Positions 24,301 to 39,300 of a stretch of DNA of 64,000 bases are shown piece after piece. Each line of letters opens with the position of its first letter. Within the stretch, counting starts at the first letter, position 1. The position numbers and the translations under genes were made by a program. Under the pieces are notes generated by a model. The model was not told the origin of the DNA. It ran no database searches and saw only the letters and a list, made by a program, of their open reading frames with translations. The DNA is from Setoptus koraiensis (taxonomy: Eukaryota > Animalia > Arthropoda): the NCBI GenBank assembly GCA_048013815.1, contig CM106586.1, forward strand, positions 7,688,001-7,752,000. The letters are read 5' to 3'.

Positions 24301-27300
24301 TTGTGCTCGAGCTCGGCGCCCAAATTGAGCCAGGCGTATTTGTGGGGTATCGTTTGCTGGTAGCCGTAGTTTGAGCGCACACTGGCCACTGCCGCGTCCG
24401 TTATCAACGATATGTTTCCTGAGCGCGAATCCCACACCAGTGTTATGTAATGCCACTGGCCGTCGTTGATGGGCACATTGGGCAGATAATTCATGAAAAT
24501 GGCCTGCTTTGGAAACAGTGACACTGAGACGCCCAAATAGTCAAACTTGATGAGCTCGTGACCGCCACCATGGGCCCCAATGGGGCTCAGCTTGTGCGCG
24601 TCGGGCGTCGAATACAACGTCAAGAAGGTGCCCACGGCGTCAATGTTGCCGCCCTGGCCCAGGCCCGCCGCCGACTGGCCGCCCGTCTGATCAAACTGAC
24701 CGGAAGTGTCCACTGTTGGCTGGTGGTACTGATGATGGTGTTGCTGTTGGGTGTGCTGCTGCTGTTGTTGCGTGTACTGGACCCATACGCCCAGCGTGAG
24801 CGCGTCCAGACCGTCAGGCGCATTGTTGTTGTTGCTGTTTTGTTGATTGGGCGCCTGGCTAATTAGGGTGTCCTGGTGGCCGTTTTCGCCGTTGTTGTTG
24901 TACTGGTAGATGCTGTTGCTGGGCAACGGCATCGAGTTTGCCGTTTTGCTCAACACAAACGGCATTGACTGGCTGATGGCCGACGAGCGCGTCAGGTCGT
25001 TGAAATGCAAATCGTAGTCCACGTTGATGCTCTTCCGGCAATCGTCGCCCGTCATGTTGAACGGACACTTGCAATAGAAGGAATTTGTCAAATCGATACA
25101 TTGGGCCGTTGGCGGGCACGACTGAGGCGTACAATCCACAATGTCTTCGTCGCAATTCTTGCCCGTCCAACCTGCGGCACACTGGCACTGATAGTCGCCC
25201 ATGCCCAAATCCACACACTGGGCCCCATTCTTGCACACGGGCTGCTGATGCGGTGCGCCGCCAATATTGCACGCGTCAACCAAATACTGACATCCTATGC
25301 CGTTGTGTCGACTAGAACAGGTGCAGTTGAGGCCCGAGCCAAAGTCGTGACACTGGCCCCCGTTTTGGCAGGGCTCGCCGACGCAACGCTGTGGCGATGT
25401 CTGGCAGCGTTTGCCGTCGGTGCCCGACGGACAAACGCAAAAGTAATCCTCAAACAAATCGATGCATTTGGCATTGTTTTGGCACGGCACACTGGAGCAC
25501 TTGCCCACGTCCTGTTCACAATTTTTTCCAATCCAACCCTGTTTACATTGGCACTGATAATCGTTGATTTTGTCCACGCACAAGCCACCATTTAAGCAGG
25601 GCTCATTCACGCAATCGTCGATGTTTATGTCACATTTGTCGCCGGTGAAACCGGGCTGACACACACACTTGCGACTATTGGCCATGTTGACACACTCGAT
25701 GGTGCCCGGCGAGTAACAGGTATCCTTTGAGCATTCGTTCACTTGTGCCTCACAATTGAGGCCCACAAACCCGGGCCTGCATTTGCATTCGAAGCCGTCC
25801 AACAGATCGATGCAAGTTCCGCCGTGTTCGCACTTGTTTGTTTCGCACGAGTCCACCTGATGCTGGCATCTCGAACCAGTGAAACGTGGATCACACTGAC
25901 ACTTGTAGCCCAGTTGTTTCTGCTGCCACAATGCGTACAGTTCCTCCTCTTCGGCACTCATGGATGCGGTCAGCGCCGTTTGGTTCCAAGATGACAATCT
26001 GCTCAGCTGATTGTTGTTGTTATTTGTGGGAAATTGTGGAATTGGTGTCGTTGTTGTTGTCAGTGTGCATTCGCCACTATTCATGCATGGATTTGGCGAA
26101 CAAACATCCAGTGTCTGATTACAATTTTCGCCCGTCCAACCAGCGTGACAAATACACTCATAGTGGAACAGTCTATCTATGCAAATACCGTTACTGTTGC
26201 ACGGGTCATTGGCGCACATGTCCACCTTGTCTTGGCACCGTTTGCCCGTGAATCCTTCCGGACAATCGCACTGGAAATCGTTCACTAAATCGGTACATTT
26301 TGCGCCCAACAAGCACGGCTCTTCGGCACAATCGTCAATGTTTGTCTCACACTTGCTTCCGGTCCAACCTGGCGGACAGTCGCACTTGAAGCGACCTTGC
26401 TGTAACGGTTTGCACTGGCCCTGATTTAGACAGGGCGACAGCGCGGCACCATTGCTGCCACTTCCATCCAGCAGCATGGGCGAACCGATTCCGGTCGATG
26501 ACGATTGACCGTTCAATTGGCACGGATTCACTGTTATGTTACAAGAGGGACCCGTGTATCCGGTGCGGCACAGACAGGTATAGTTGTTGATGCCCGGCAA
26601 ATCTTGGCACATTGATCTCTCCGGACAGGTGTCGTTCCTACAATCGGATTGCTCTATTTGGCATTGGATTCCGCTGTAACCTGGCAAACATTTACATTTG
26701 TAGCCCTGTTTCATGTCGATGCACAAGCCTCCGTTGTAACATGGCTCAGCTTGGCACTCGTTGATGTCTATCTCACAATATTTACCTCTGAATCCGGACG
26801 GACAATGGCACTGGGGCTCGTGCAAAGCAATCAGACACTTGCCGTTCTGTTGGCACCCGGCGAAGCATCTACCCGATTGGGCCTCATCGCTGTCGGCCAA
26901 ACAAATTCCGTTTGTAACGGGATTGAGTGTGGGCAAACAAGAGGCCGCAACACATTGGTCCAGACTGGAGGCGCCCATTCTGATTGTTCTGTTTGTTATT
27001 GGACACTCCTGGCATCTAGTTTGGCCCTCTTGCGATTGATAAAAGTTCAACGGGCACGGGTAACACGGCTCCAAACCGGTGACACTGTAGGTGCCTGGCG
27101 AGCATTTTGCCCGACAATCGTCCAACGACGAAGCTCCCGACGAATAGGTGTACGTGTTAGCGGGACATGCCAGACACTCCTTGAAACCCTCTCTGGGCGC
27201 CAAGGGCGACTGCAAATCGGTATAGGTATTCATGGGGCACTGGTTGCAGGGTGCAACACCATTTTGGGAATAGGTGCCCAAGTTGCATGTCATAATACAA

Positions 27301-30300
27301 TCCTCGATTGATTTTGAGCCCACCATTAGTGTGTGAGTGCCATCGGGGCATTGTTTACACATCGATTGTTGTGCTTCGTTTTGGTAATAACCGCGCGGGC
27401 ATAATTCACACGATAGTCTAGTTGTTTCGTTGCTATAGCTACCTGGTGCACATTGTAAACATTTTGGTATTTCCACATCGGCCAAATTGTCTGAATCGCC
27501 ATTGTCGGAACTGTCGCTGTTGCCCAAAGTTGTGGCACCCGGCGAAGCGGTCATTGAACCTGGCGATTGGTCTTGTGAGTTTCTGGCAGCCAGTGCAGCC
27601 GCAGAAGCTGAGCTTGTTTCGTTGATCAATATTTGACCAAGTTGACATCTGAAGCCCAATTGTGATGTTGACTGTAGCGCCTCCAGAGGCGGACACAGCA
27701 AGTCTCTGGAATCTGGCGAGCTTATGTTGGTTATGGGCGCCAATAGAGCCTTGAATTGTTTAGACGATCTGAACTTGAATGCGTACTTGAGAACGTCGCC
27801 GCATTGGTTGTACATGAAGGCCTTCTTCTCTTTGGCGTCCACCTTGAGATCGTACTCGATTTGTATCTCGGTGGAGGAGGTGAGGCCCTGTTGCTGTTGC
27901 TTTATGTAGGGCCTAATGCTGTCCACGTCGACAGTTGTCTGGCCGTTTATGACGCTACATTTCTCACTGAATGACTCTTTGAGCGTCTCAAATTGTTGAC
28001 TAACATGCTTGGCGTAATACTCCAGACAGGGGCCGATATTTTCCAGGGTCAGTTGTGGTTGTGGCTGCTGCTGCTGCTGCGGATTGTTACTAATTAATTG
28101 TTTGTAGCCAATGTTGACCAGCACGTGGTACGCCGCGTCCTCGGTCTGGTCGGACACACAATCGGGCAGAGGCTGGCTCCAGGGGTTCATCATGTCACAT
28201 TGGACCACTTTGGCGCGTTCCTCGTCACTGAACCGGTAGCCCGGGTTGCATGAGGCAACGCACTGCAACGCGTTCAAATGGTTGTTGGTGAGCTTGCTGG
28301 TGGCGCCTGGCGACGCCGACGACAAAAATGGCATCATGGTAGTGGTGAGCGGAATACAATCCACTTTTCCGTTGGCCGGAACATTCAATGACAATTTGCT
28401 GCAAGCGGGCGCCTTGACCTCTAGCTGGAAATAGCAACTGGCCACATTGTTGTATTTGTCGCGGGCCGTCACTGTTATGTTGACGCGTTGATTGAGCGAC
28501 AATTTGGTCAGCTTTGGCTCTATGTCAATGGTGACCGGGCCCGATTCATCGTAGGCCTGTATGTTGTCCAAGAATCGGGGCTCCGTCAAATTGAACATGA
28601 CCGACTCGTATTGGCCGCCGGCCTCCGGCTGATTGCGCGCCAAACTGTTGTCTAGCGGGTCAGCGAAAGCGTCAATGTAGTGCGTGAAACTTGGCGGACA
28701 GCTCAGCTTGGGCGCAACGCTTTCCGGTACGGAAAAATTAATGCCGCACACGGCCACATTGCCGTCGTTGTCCGACGCGATATACTGAACCTGTTGATCG
28801 TTGTAGATGTACTGGCCCGGCCGGAAGCCCTTCGGTTTGATTTCCAGGCGCGCTATGAGGCCGCTGTTATCCGACGCTTGCGGAACCGTGAAGTTTAGCG
28901 GCAGTAGCTCGCCGCGCGCGGTCCGTTCCACAATGACGGGCTGATCGGGACAATTGTCGAAATGGGGCGGCTCCTCGTCGACGCAAATAGGATAGGCCTG
29001 GTCGTAGCCGAGCAGCACCTCTTTGCCTAGATCGTCGCAGCCCAATATCTCCATGCGCATACACGGATTGCGTATGTGACGAACAATGAGCACGGTGAGC
29101 ACTTGCGTTATTAGCTCGCTGGGCATGTGAATTGCGGTCAATTCGCCATAATTAGCTGCAACTGTCTGCGGTTGTCCAGCCAACTGCGACGGCTGCTGAT
29201 CTATCGGGGTGCTTATGTTAAACGACGGAAAATAATTAATTGATCTAGAGGAACCGGGATCCTTGTAAACGACGCGAATTTCCGTCGGCCGGCCCACAAC
29301 GTCCACGGTTACTACGCCCTTGATGAGCAGTGTCTTTATCTTGTATGGCTTGCCCAGATCCACCGTTATGTAGGGCGTTGTTTCGCCCTGTTTGGCGCAC
29401 CAGCCCGTACTGGAGCCCAGACGAATCTTTTGCGGCTCATAATTGTCGCGGTACGACGACGCGTTCACTTGTCGGTCGCCGATGGCGCCCGAGGCCAGGC
29501 CCAACGGTCGCACCACCTTACAGTCGGCCCCCTTGATGCAGGTGAGCGGGTCCGTGCTGAGGGGCACGAAGCCGTGCCGTTTGCACTTGAACTGAACCTG
29601 ACTGCCCGGCTCGAAACTGGTGGCCAGTTGCTCGCCGTCGGGCGCGTGACCCGGATCCTGGCAAACGGGACCCTCGCAACGCAGATCGCCAAAGTCCCAT
29701 GTTCCGTCGGCGCGGCACGTAACCACATTGTTGGTGCCGCGACTGTTTGAGCCGGCCATGGCAAATGTTTCCTCGCAGCCGAAAAAGAACGACGAACCAA
29801 ATTTAGTGTCCTGATATTGGTACTGGAAGGCACCCGGAGTGTCTTGCGGAATGCCACAGTCCACCTTGGGACAGGCGGGTGGCGCACCCGAGAACCAGTA
29901 GTCTCCGCGGCCGGTGTCGTTGCGTATGTTGTATACACATTGGCGGAATTTTGCGGTGGCGGTGGGCCTCAATTGGCGGCCAGGCTCGCGGCACACAACC
30001 GACATGTTGGACATGAAGGCCAGCTGACCGTCGCCCAACACGTTGCTGTCTTGCATTAGCATGCTGTTGCGCTGTTGTTGTTGCTGTTGAGCACTGTTGT
30101 AGTCGGCCATGGTGGTGAGTTGTGAGGACTGCTCGGAGGACGAGGACGACGACGATTCGAAGCGGGCCAATAATCCTTGAGCGCGATCATTAGATAGCGG
30201 TTGACATTTTGCCTGGTGACATTCGGGCATTGTTCCGTTCCAGTGGCCCGTGTTCGTACAAGTGAGCGTAGACGGGCCCGACATTACATAACCAAATTTA

Positions 30301-33300
30301 CATTTGAATTTAATGGTGTCCTGATAGTGGAACACGCGCTGACTGGTCAACAGGTAGCCGTTTTGTGGCTGTTGCATGGTTGGACATTGCTTGGGCACGC
30401 ATGTCTTGTTGAGACGGAACAAATCACCGTCCTTCAGGCCCGTCTCGTTGGGCGGTATGAAGAAGGCGTGCGTTCCGTTTTGTTGAAACAAATCAAATCC
30501 GCGCTCGCAATTGCACTGATACTGTCCGGCAGAATTGATACATTTGTGATTGCAGCCGCCGTTTTTATCCAAGCACTCGTTTATGTCAGAGCAACTCTGC
30601 CGCTGACATCCGTGCAATTCTAGTTTCATGCAGGGCGCATGCTGATAGTCCATTATGACCACTTCAATGTAACGCGCCTCCAACGGTAACGGCAACACCA
30701 CGCTGAACACGCCGGCTTGGTTGGCATTATTCAGCCGGAATTGCACAGCTCGCTTTGTTCCGTCGGTGTATTCGCGAAAGATGTCAGTCAAATCGTTTGA
30801 GTAGCGCAGTCTAATCAGTGTCGGATAGGCAAGAACCTGTTGTTGGTGACTGTTGGCTAGGCCCAACAGGTCCTGGCTGCTTTGATGATGATACTGAACA
30901 TTGGATATTTTGAAGCCCTTCACCACTGTGGGCGCCTGCAAATCCACCCTGATATAGTTTCCGCCCTGTTCGCTAGAGGCCCCGCACCATCCTGGCCTGT
31001 CTAAGCGCACGTTGTTTTTGTCGTAGTTTGGGGCCGTACTGGACGCTCTGATGCTCGAGTCGGGCAACTGGCCGGACGTGAGACCCAAATCGGTGCTGGG
31101 CTTACAGTCTAAATTGGCCTGGTAACCTTGCTTGCAATCGCAATAATAGCCGCCTGGCGTGTTCTGGCAGATTGTGCTGGCCAGATCGCAGGCCGACTGC
31201 GACTGACACTCGTCGATGTCTACACATTTGGGCACCATCTCAAATGTTTTGTTTGGTCCGCATTTAATGGTGTTGATTAGCTTGTTTTGAGCCGACAATG
31301 ATTGCTGCTGCTGTTGCTGCTGTTGTTGTTGGCCTGGTGTGCTGAACTCCAACCGGTAGCCGCGTTGACATTGAACGCGGGCCTCGTCCATATAGTAGTA
31401 TTTGCGTTGTGTGTCCAACACAAAACCATGCTCTATTTCGGGCAATTTGGCGCATTGCAACCGCTCGCAAACAGGCGGCTCGCTTGACCACTGACCCGAC
31501 GGTGTACACAAAATGGTGGGCATACCAATTCGATAATAGCCTGACTCGCACTCAAAACGCAACACCGTTCCGTAGCTGCGCGTTTGACCGCTACCCGACA
31601 ACGTTATAGTCTGAGAGTGTTGTACCTCCTTAAATGGCGGACACGACGTTGAGTAACATTCGGGCAATTTGCCCCAATTTCCGTTTTCGTTGCACGTGAT
31701 AGTCTCAATAGATTTGCCACTGGCCAAATTAAAGCCGTTGTAACACTTGTATGTGGCAGTTTGATTGAATGTGACACCGGTGGCATTAACTGCAAATCCG
31801 TTGTCTATTTGGGGCACTGGGCCACAGTAGCGCTCTTGGCAATCGAGCACCTTGGTCAGCGACCATTTGCCGCCCTGCAAACACTGACTAACTAGCTTTG
31901 TTTGACCATTGCTAAACTCTTGACCCCGCGGACAACTATAGGTGACCTGAGTGCCAAATTTAGTGTCACGCGACGAGGCCAGCACATTTTTGCCCAATTT
32001 AACCTGGGCACAATCACTGCTGAATATTGCCGACCATCCACGCCTAGTATTCATGGCATTGGTGGTGAACACAAGCATCATTTTTCCGCTAGGTGCACTA
32101 ATTGTGTCCTTGAGCATAAGCTTGGTGCGTTGTTCACCGTTGTTGGCACGTTGTTGTTGCTTGTCAATGGCATTGTTGCCATTGGTAGTTGAGGTTGTTG
32201 TTGTTGGTGCCGACGTGGCCATGGGCAACAACCTTGTGGCCGTCTGTAGATCGTGTCCGTCGTAAACTTGCAAATCATCATCGTGCGCCAAATCAAAGTC
32301 GGTAAATCTGAGCGACATGGCTATTAATTGCTGCTGATTATGCCCAGCGCCCACAGTGCCGCTGTCCGGCCTACTCAATCTATACACACACTGCTGATTG
32401 TCGGGATAAGCGCCAACTGTGTAGGCGGGCGATGTCAAATTACCGTTATATGCCACATAATCAATGTCGCAACCAGTGCGAAATCTGATAGCAAAACCTT
32501 TTCGTTGCTCTTGGTAATAGGAAAAGTCAGACTTGAAATACAGGTACATTCTATTTGTTGTTGACATTAGAAATTTGTAATATTCATTATCATCTAATGT
32601 GCCTGTTAGTGTTGCCAATAGTTTACTAGATGAACTGGATCCATCCCTAATTAGAAGAAAATCCTTGCCATCCTGGGGTAGATCTAGTTCAATTAATTCC
32701 AATCTAATTATTTTGCCTTGTGGCGCCACCAATTCATACACACACTCAACGCCGCCTGGATAGACGTCGGGATACAAGGGTGACGTTATCACTTGTGCCG
32801 AGCCATGAGTAAACCTGTAGCATCATTATTACACACAAGTAGTATAACGTTATTATTAGTATTAGTACTAGTATTATTACTATTATTATTGTATTAATAA
32901 TAAGGTAGTCATGATATATATAATTAGCAGCGGCGGCCGGGGCATAGATAATATTAGTTGTTTTGTTGCTGTTGTTGTTGTTTGCATAGCTAGAGAGCTG
33001 GACAAACCTGCTCATGCTGAATGACCAACAAAAGTTGACCTAGGCAATGCTCAGGCACTGGTTGTTGTATAGCCATGGCGTAACTGTTTTATGTGCGCTG
33101 GTCAGTCAGTTGTTATAGCTTCTTGAACGAGAGAGTCTTTAGGGCAAGTTATGAAAACAACGCCAAGTTGGTCATGAAAGCGAGCCCTGTCTCCCAATCA
33201 ATCTTAACGGAAACAACACAAACAGTGCAAATTTAGCCAGAGGTGATAGGTCAATCATGAGCCTGAGCAGCGGCATCAACAACTCAACTGGAGTTATATA

Positions 33301-36300
33301 ACTGCCCCAAGTTGAGTATCTCAGTGTGAGCATTTCACCTTTTGAACATTTGAGCATTCGAGCGTTCAAGTATTCTAGTGTTGGAGCATTAGAACATTTG
33401 AGTATCTGATAATCAGCAGCCCCATGGGCAGCACCGTTATGTAATCAACATGATGCTGCAGCAGCGGCAGCAATACATTAAGCGATATATTTATTATCCT
33501 AATTCACCACTACCACTTTTTCAATTCAACTAACACTTCGCAACAGCGCGCATACCGTTATCTAGACCCTAATCCACTTCACTTCACCTTGCTACTTAGA
33601 TCTTAGATGACCATCACTTGTCCTTGTTGTTTCTGCTTATTTTGTTGCTGTTGTTTGTAGTCAGAGGAGACGTCAGAGGGGAGGCATACAAGAGCGAAAT
33701 TACTCATCACCATAGTCAACTCTTTATGCAACGTGGACTTAGTGTGCAGTGCACACTAGCAAGCAACAGGTTGCAAATAGAAATCAGATGGTGGTCAATC
33801 AAGATGATCATCTCCATGATTCAAAAGAATTAAAAATAATAATAATGAATCTCTCTCTTTCTCTGTCTAATCCAATAGACGCCGCTACTACCAGCTATCC
33901 ATGGCTGCTTCGCTCCTTTTACTGCCATTAGTGTTGATAGCTAATGTGTTGCGATGCAACAGCGATGTTACTGTTTTTGTGCCGTTACTATAACTGATAT
34001 CGTCGCCGTCGTCGTTGCTGCTGTTGTTGTTGTTGTTGTGACGCAAGTAAATTTGAGCTCCAAATACTAAAACGATACTTAAATCTGCTAGAGAGTATAG
34101 AGTGAATGTTAGTGGTGCAACCAGATAAACGAAATGATTCAACCTAAATAAAACTACTACCATCAATAGTCGGCTTGCTAGCTGAAACTAAGCAAGCCGG
34201 CTAGCTTCAATCCATTGAATGGATGGCCATTGCAATGGATTGAGCGCAAAAACTAAATTTAAACTAGCAGCCTGGTGGTGCCGCCACTGCTTCTGCCAAT
34301 GCTACTCAAGCTGCCACATCAACCGTCTACTAGATAACACTAGAAGAGAAGTTACGTAAGAGTTGTTGGTTTCCATTCAAGGAATTATTGAACGGTGAAC
34401 ATTGAATAGGGATTGAGTTGAATCGAATCGCTTTGGATTGAGAGAATCAGTCAGTTTGGTTAACACACAGAGAAGAAAAACAAGCAAGAACAGGTTGTTT
34501 GGTCAGATGATTGAGCTCAAGCTGAGTTTTTCACCATCAACAACATTCGGTATCGCTATGAACAACGACAACAGCAACAACAGCTATAATAACAACAGCA
34601 TCAGTGATGCTGCCGTTGTTGCTGCGGATGTTTCATCACAGAAGCAAGAGCATCAGCATGGTCGGTAGTGGAACCCGATGATACTTCATATGATGTGTGT
34701 GCCTGTAAGCTCTGTGAAGTAATTGATGCTACCTATTTTGCTTATGTACTTTTTGGTGCTAACAACAACAGCAACAACAACAACAACGACAACGACGACA
34801 ACAACGACAACAACGACAACGACAACGACAACAAACGTTTGAACGGTTCACCATGACGAAGTGACCGAGAATAAAGGGACTCCATGAGATGATGATCACT
34901 ATCATCATCATGTTACTTGTGCATTAGTATATCTAGCTATGCATATTTTCTGTTGTTGTTGCGGAATGAATGAATGGATGAACACAACAAATGGCAACGG
35001 TGATGATTATTACATAATAAGGACTCACAATCAGTTAGTAGTTTGTTGTTGCTGTTGTTGTTATTGTTGTTTTCGTTGTTGTTTCTCTCTCACTCTCTCG
35101 CTTATGTGATGCAGTCTGATCAGCATTAGTTTGTCTCTGCATCTTGTAATGTTCTATGTGTCTATATGGAGAATCGTAGACTCATCAAAGGTGTCATATA
35201 ATCATAGTGAAAAGAAGATGAGATAACAATATAACAAGAATGAAAAACATATCAGGTAAACACTTGTGAATGCTGAGCACGCATAAAGAAGATTTTCCCT
35301 GAATCGCTCGCTCTCTCTCTCTCTCTAAATCCGTCTATCGCCTCATCTATCTATCTATCTATCTGTCTATCTCATTGTCTCGACATGATCTGTCTAAATG
35401 ATCTATCTAAATACACTGCTCCCTTTAGTTGAGCAATGTGTTTCAAAATAACTTGTTAGTTGTTCTTTCTTTCTTTCTTACTCTGTGTACATCCACAGGC
35501 TAGAGTTGGTGAGCCCAATTCAACACCACCAAAGCTGCAACAACAACAACAGCGGCAGCAGCAGTAGTAGTGTAATAAGGTGATGATCGTGTTGCATAAT
35601 AATTATCATCTTCTTTCTCTCTAGCCGGTTCGCTCGCTGATGTTGCTCGGCCGCCCAGCTGCTAAACGATCGCTTACGAGCGCCAACACTAACAGGTACA
35701 TTCGGCCACCAGTTAAACTGACAATAAGTTAGAGCAATTAAAAATAAATAAGACGGCCATGATGCTGCGCCGCTAACAACCAAGCAGCAACGACGACGAC
35801 GCCGAGAGAATCAGGGTCATCGGATCTGGATACCTAACTTATAAGTTGCGTTTACATAAAATAGATTTGAAGAACGGACACCACATTGAGTCATGGTGAG
35901 AACCACCGACCAAGTTAAACTTAAATACATGGCCATTGGCTCACAACCGCCGCCACTCGCTCGCATGATCGCTCGTTCACCTGTTCTTTGGCTCGCTTGC
36001 TGTGTTTTATATAAATTATGCTCTCTCGTCGTCGTCGTCGTCGTCATCGTCCTCCTCTTTGGCTTGTATTTGTTTCTCGCCGTAGAAAAGTTACCATTAT
36101 CTACAGCACCTAATGAGCCTGTCATGCGGCACCATTGGCAGTCAAATGGATTGATTATGTATACAAATAAGGCGCATGCATGATCAAGCCTGCAAGCTGA
36201 CCACTGTTGATAGCAGTGGTAGTCTGATAGAAAAATATCGTCCTGTCATTTTGTTGGTTTTTCTCAATATTTTTATCTAACTAGACTCTAGGAAATAAGC

Positions 36301-39300
36301 TATGCTCAAATTGAGAATGTCTATCTAGTGAGCGAGCCGGTAATTCTTAAAAATTTAATTCTTCTTCATCGCTGGTCTTTCTATATAAGGACTAATAAAC
36401 TTGAATAATCTATATCATCTTGTTCAAAAAACTTCTTCTCCTTCTTCTGTCATACTGTCTGAACCTGCTTCCTACTTCTGTAACGTTAGAGGACGACTAC
36501 GACGACAATCACGCCGACTACGGCAACGCCGACGAAGTCACTGCCGCTAATGATTTTATATTATTACATAACTGACAAGAAAAGCACACATTCGAGATCA
36601 TATAATATCATATCATAATTCTTTGCCCAATATGAGAGTTAATTAGATCGAACTTGATTAAACTGTTGAAAGTTAAGCACTAACAACTTGTGTTGTGCGG
36701 TCACTACTATATATCATGGAATATATCTCACGTATATACTTTTTAATAGATATTAATATATGTCTCTCTCTCTCGCTCTTTATCTCGCTTATCTCGCGCA
36801 TTGCATTAAATCAATTCCATTCATGTGCTTTCGTGATGTCGGTTTAGTTTGTCTGGCTCACAGTTTGCAGTTGTCTGGAGCTTGTATTGAGTAAGTTCTG
36901 AAGGTGGAAATATTTAGTTAGTGTAAATACTACGTACGCATACCATTTAAAAATAGTAGGATAGAGTGGAAAAGGTCATGATCACCTCTAGTATCACACA
37001 TACACAATGCGCAAAGTATCACTAGACCAAGAGAATCTTTCTTGCTCCTTCGCTCGCTTCCTATCAATTCGGTTCATTTGAGTAAGGCCGGTTTATTAAG
37101 ATGATCTTAATAATGATGACCTGTTCAACTACCGCACACAAATTCTTGTATCGCTGCTGGACAATGAACTTGTCACAAACGACGACAACAACAGCACAAC
37201 GACTGAGAATATGCCAACCGTACAGTGAATGCGATGGGTATAGTATAGAAAAAAGCTATTCCTAACATTGCTTAAAGATGCTGTCGCTGCTACTTTTGCT
37301 CACAAACGACTACGACCAAAGTGGTGATGAATTATTATGACCACGGTGATTGTAGCGACGATAACAAACAGTGAGCATATTTAGCCAAAACTAACAAAAT
37401 AAAACGACTGGCCGTCTAGTCAAATAATATATATAGAAAGATGACATGTTGAGCTTGATATGAACAGGAAATGTCTTTTGCTACTACTTACAATTCACCG
37501 CCACATTTGATAGGCTCTGTTTTCCACGATGCACGAAATCCTCGCTTCTCCGTGCTACTATCCGATTTGAATTTCACAATCATTAAATTTGATCCAGTGA
37601 CAAATGGTCTAGATGTTAGATTTTCATGTCCGCTCAATGTGGCCAAATTGAACGATTTGTCTTCTGTTTTTCCACCTGTCAAAATTTGAACATTATCAAA
37701 ATTTTTCTCTGTTTCAAATTCATAAAATTGCAACATCATTCCGGAATCAATTGGTCCCTCTAAAGTCCACTTGCAATCGCTATTAGGTGGATAACGTTGC
37801 GGATAATTCAATGATTGTACTTTATCACCTGATGATTGCATATAATAATGACACCGGTTGGGACAATCCAATTCGTCACTGTCATCCCCGCAATCATTGT
37901 AGCCATCACATTTCCAAGCCTGATTTATACAGTGTCCATTGTTACAATGATAACTGTTTGATGGACAGGCTTGTCTCTGGCACATAAAAGGTAATAGATC
38001 CTCGCATTGAGCTAGTTGCCAGACTTGTTGTTCTCGTTGTAGTTGTTGTCCGAGTTGGTTGTTATTATTTTGAATTGGCGCATAAGGATAATGTGATCCA
38101 TCTGTATATTTGTCGTTTCATTTGTTGTTAACGAGAGAGATAGAGAGGGAGAGAGAGTTGGCGAAAATAGAAAAAAGCGAAATTATCGGTTAGATTCCAT
38201 TGGTTCAATTGCAGATAGCGAGGCTGGAATTATTGCATAATAAACAACTAAAAATAGAGAGAGGGAGAGAGAGGGGGATCAATTCATCCATAATAACAAT
38301 AGTACTGACCTATCCTGTTTGGTGACATATAATCACCGTTACTTGTAGTGAGAGGCTGTTGTTGCTTGATTGTGGCACGTAAACATTCCCCATTTTTGAC
38401 ATTAGGCTCATTGTAATCCCAGAAGCCGATGTATTTAGAGGCAAAGGTATTAGAGGATGATTCTAATGTGTTTGTCTCTAAATTGTCAATTGTGTGAAAG
38501 CCTATCCAATATGATTTTTCGTCATTGTACAGAGAAGATGATGGCAGTTGATGTACGTTGTTGTATAGATGATATTTGTCGAATGCCGATGAAGAACGTT
38601 GATTATGAAGCGTGGAATATTGATTCTGTGCTTGCGGGACCTGATTAGAGGCCGACGAGGCCCTTGATATGAGTTGATCAACTAGTTTAGTGGTGAAATT
38701 ATTTTGTTGATAATCGTGAATCAATGCCAGATTACTGCCATATCTCTCGCAAATATCTTTAGCTCGTTTCCAGGAATGTCGCTGATGAAACAATTTATAA
38801 CATTGTGTAGAATATTGATGCCATCCATCTGGACATAGTAACAGACTTTCATTTTGTTGTTGCTGTTGATTTAAGATGGGATTTATTAGCTGTTGGTTAT
38901 AATATAATGAGGATGATTGTGGCAGAGAGGGCGAGTATTGGTGTAGGTTGTTGTTATTGTGAGATGATGAATGCCTGAGATGTTGATATTTCAGGGGGGC
39001 CGATTTATATCTTTGTTGTTGTTGTTGTTGTGAGGATTGTTGAGCCAATGCAGTTGGTTGTGGTTGTTGTTGGAATTGGTTGAACAACAACGGTGAGGTG
39101 GATAATATTGAGGAAGATAGTGTGGCGGCATTGTCTGGCAACAATTGATTTGGTGTTGCTTGAACAAACAAAAATGGCTTGTTGAATGTGGCTTGTTGTT
39201 GCTGCAATTTTATAAGATTTGACCATGTGAATACATGTAGTAGATTACATAATGATGTGATTGACAATAATAATGCTAATAACCAAAATAAATATGTTAT

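Noticed and set aside
21404-32564. Many + strand and alternate-frame ORFs inside uif (e.g. 23364-24170, 25005-25595, 26649-27311, 29465-29938)
   Set aside because: Antisense or frame shadows of a GC-rich CDS, with no domains.
35893-36183. Nested + strand ORF with a hydrophobic stretch in uif intron 2
   Set aside because: The hydrophobic run is a (GTC)n microsatellite, with no other support.
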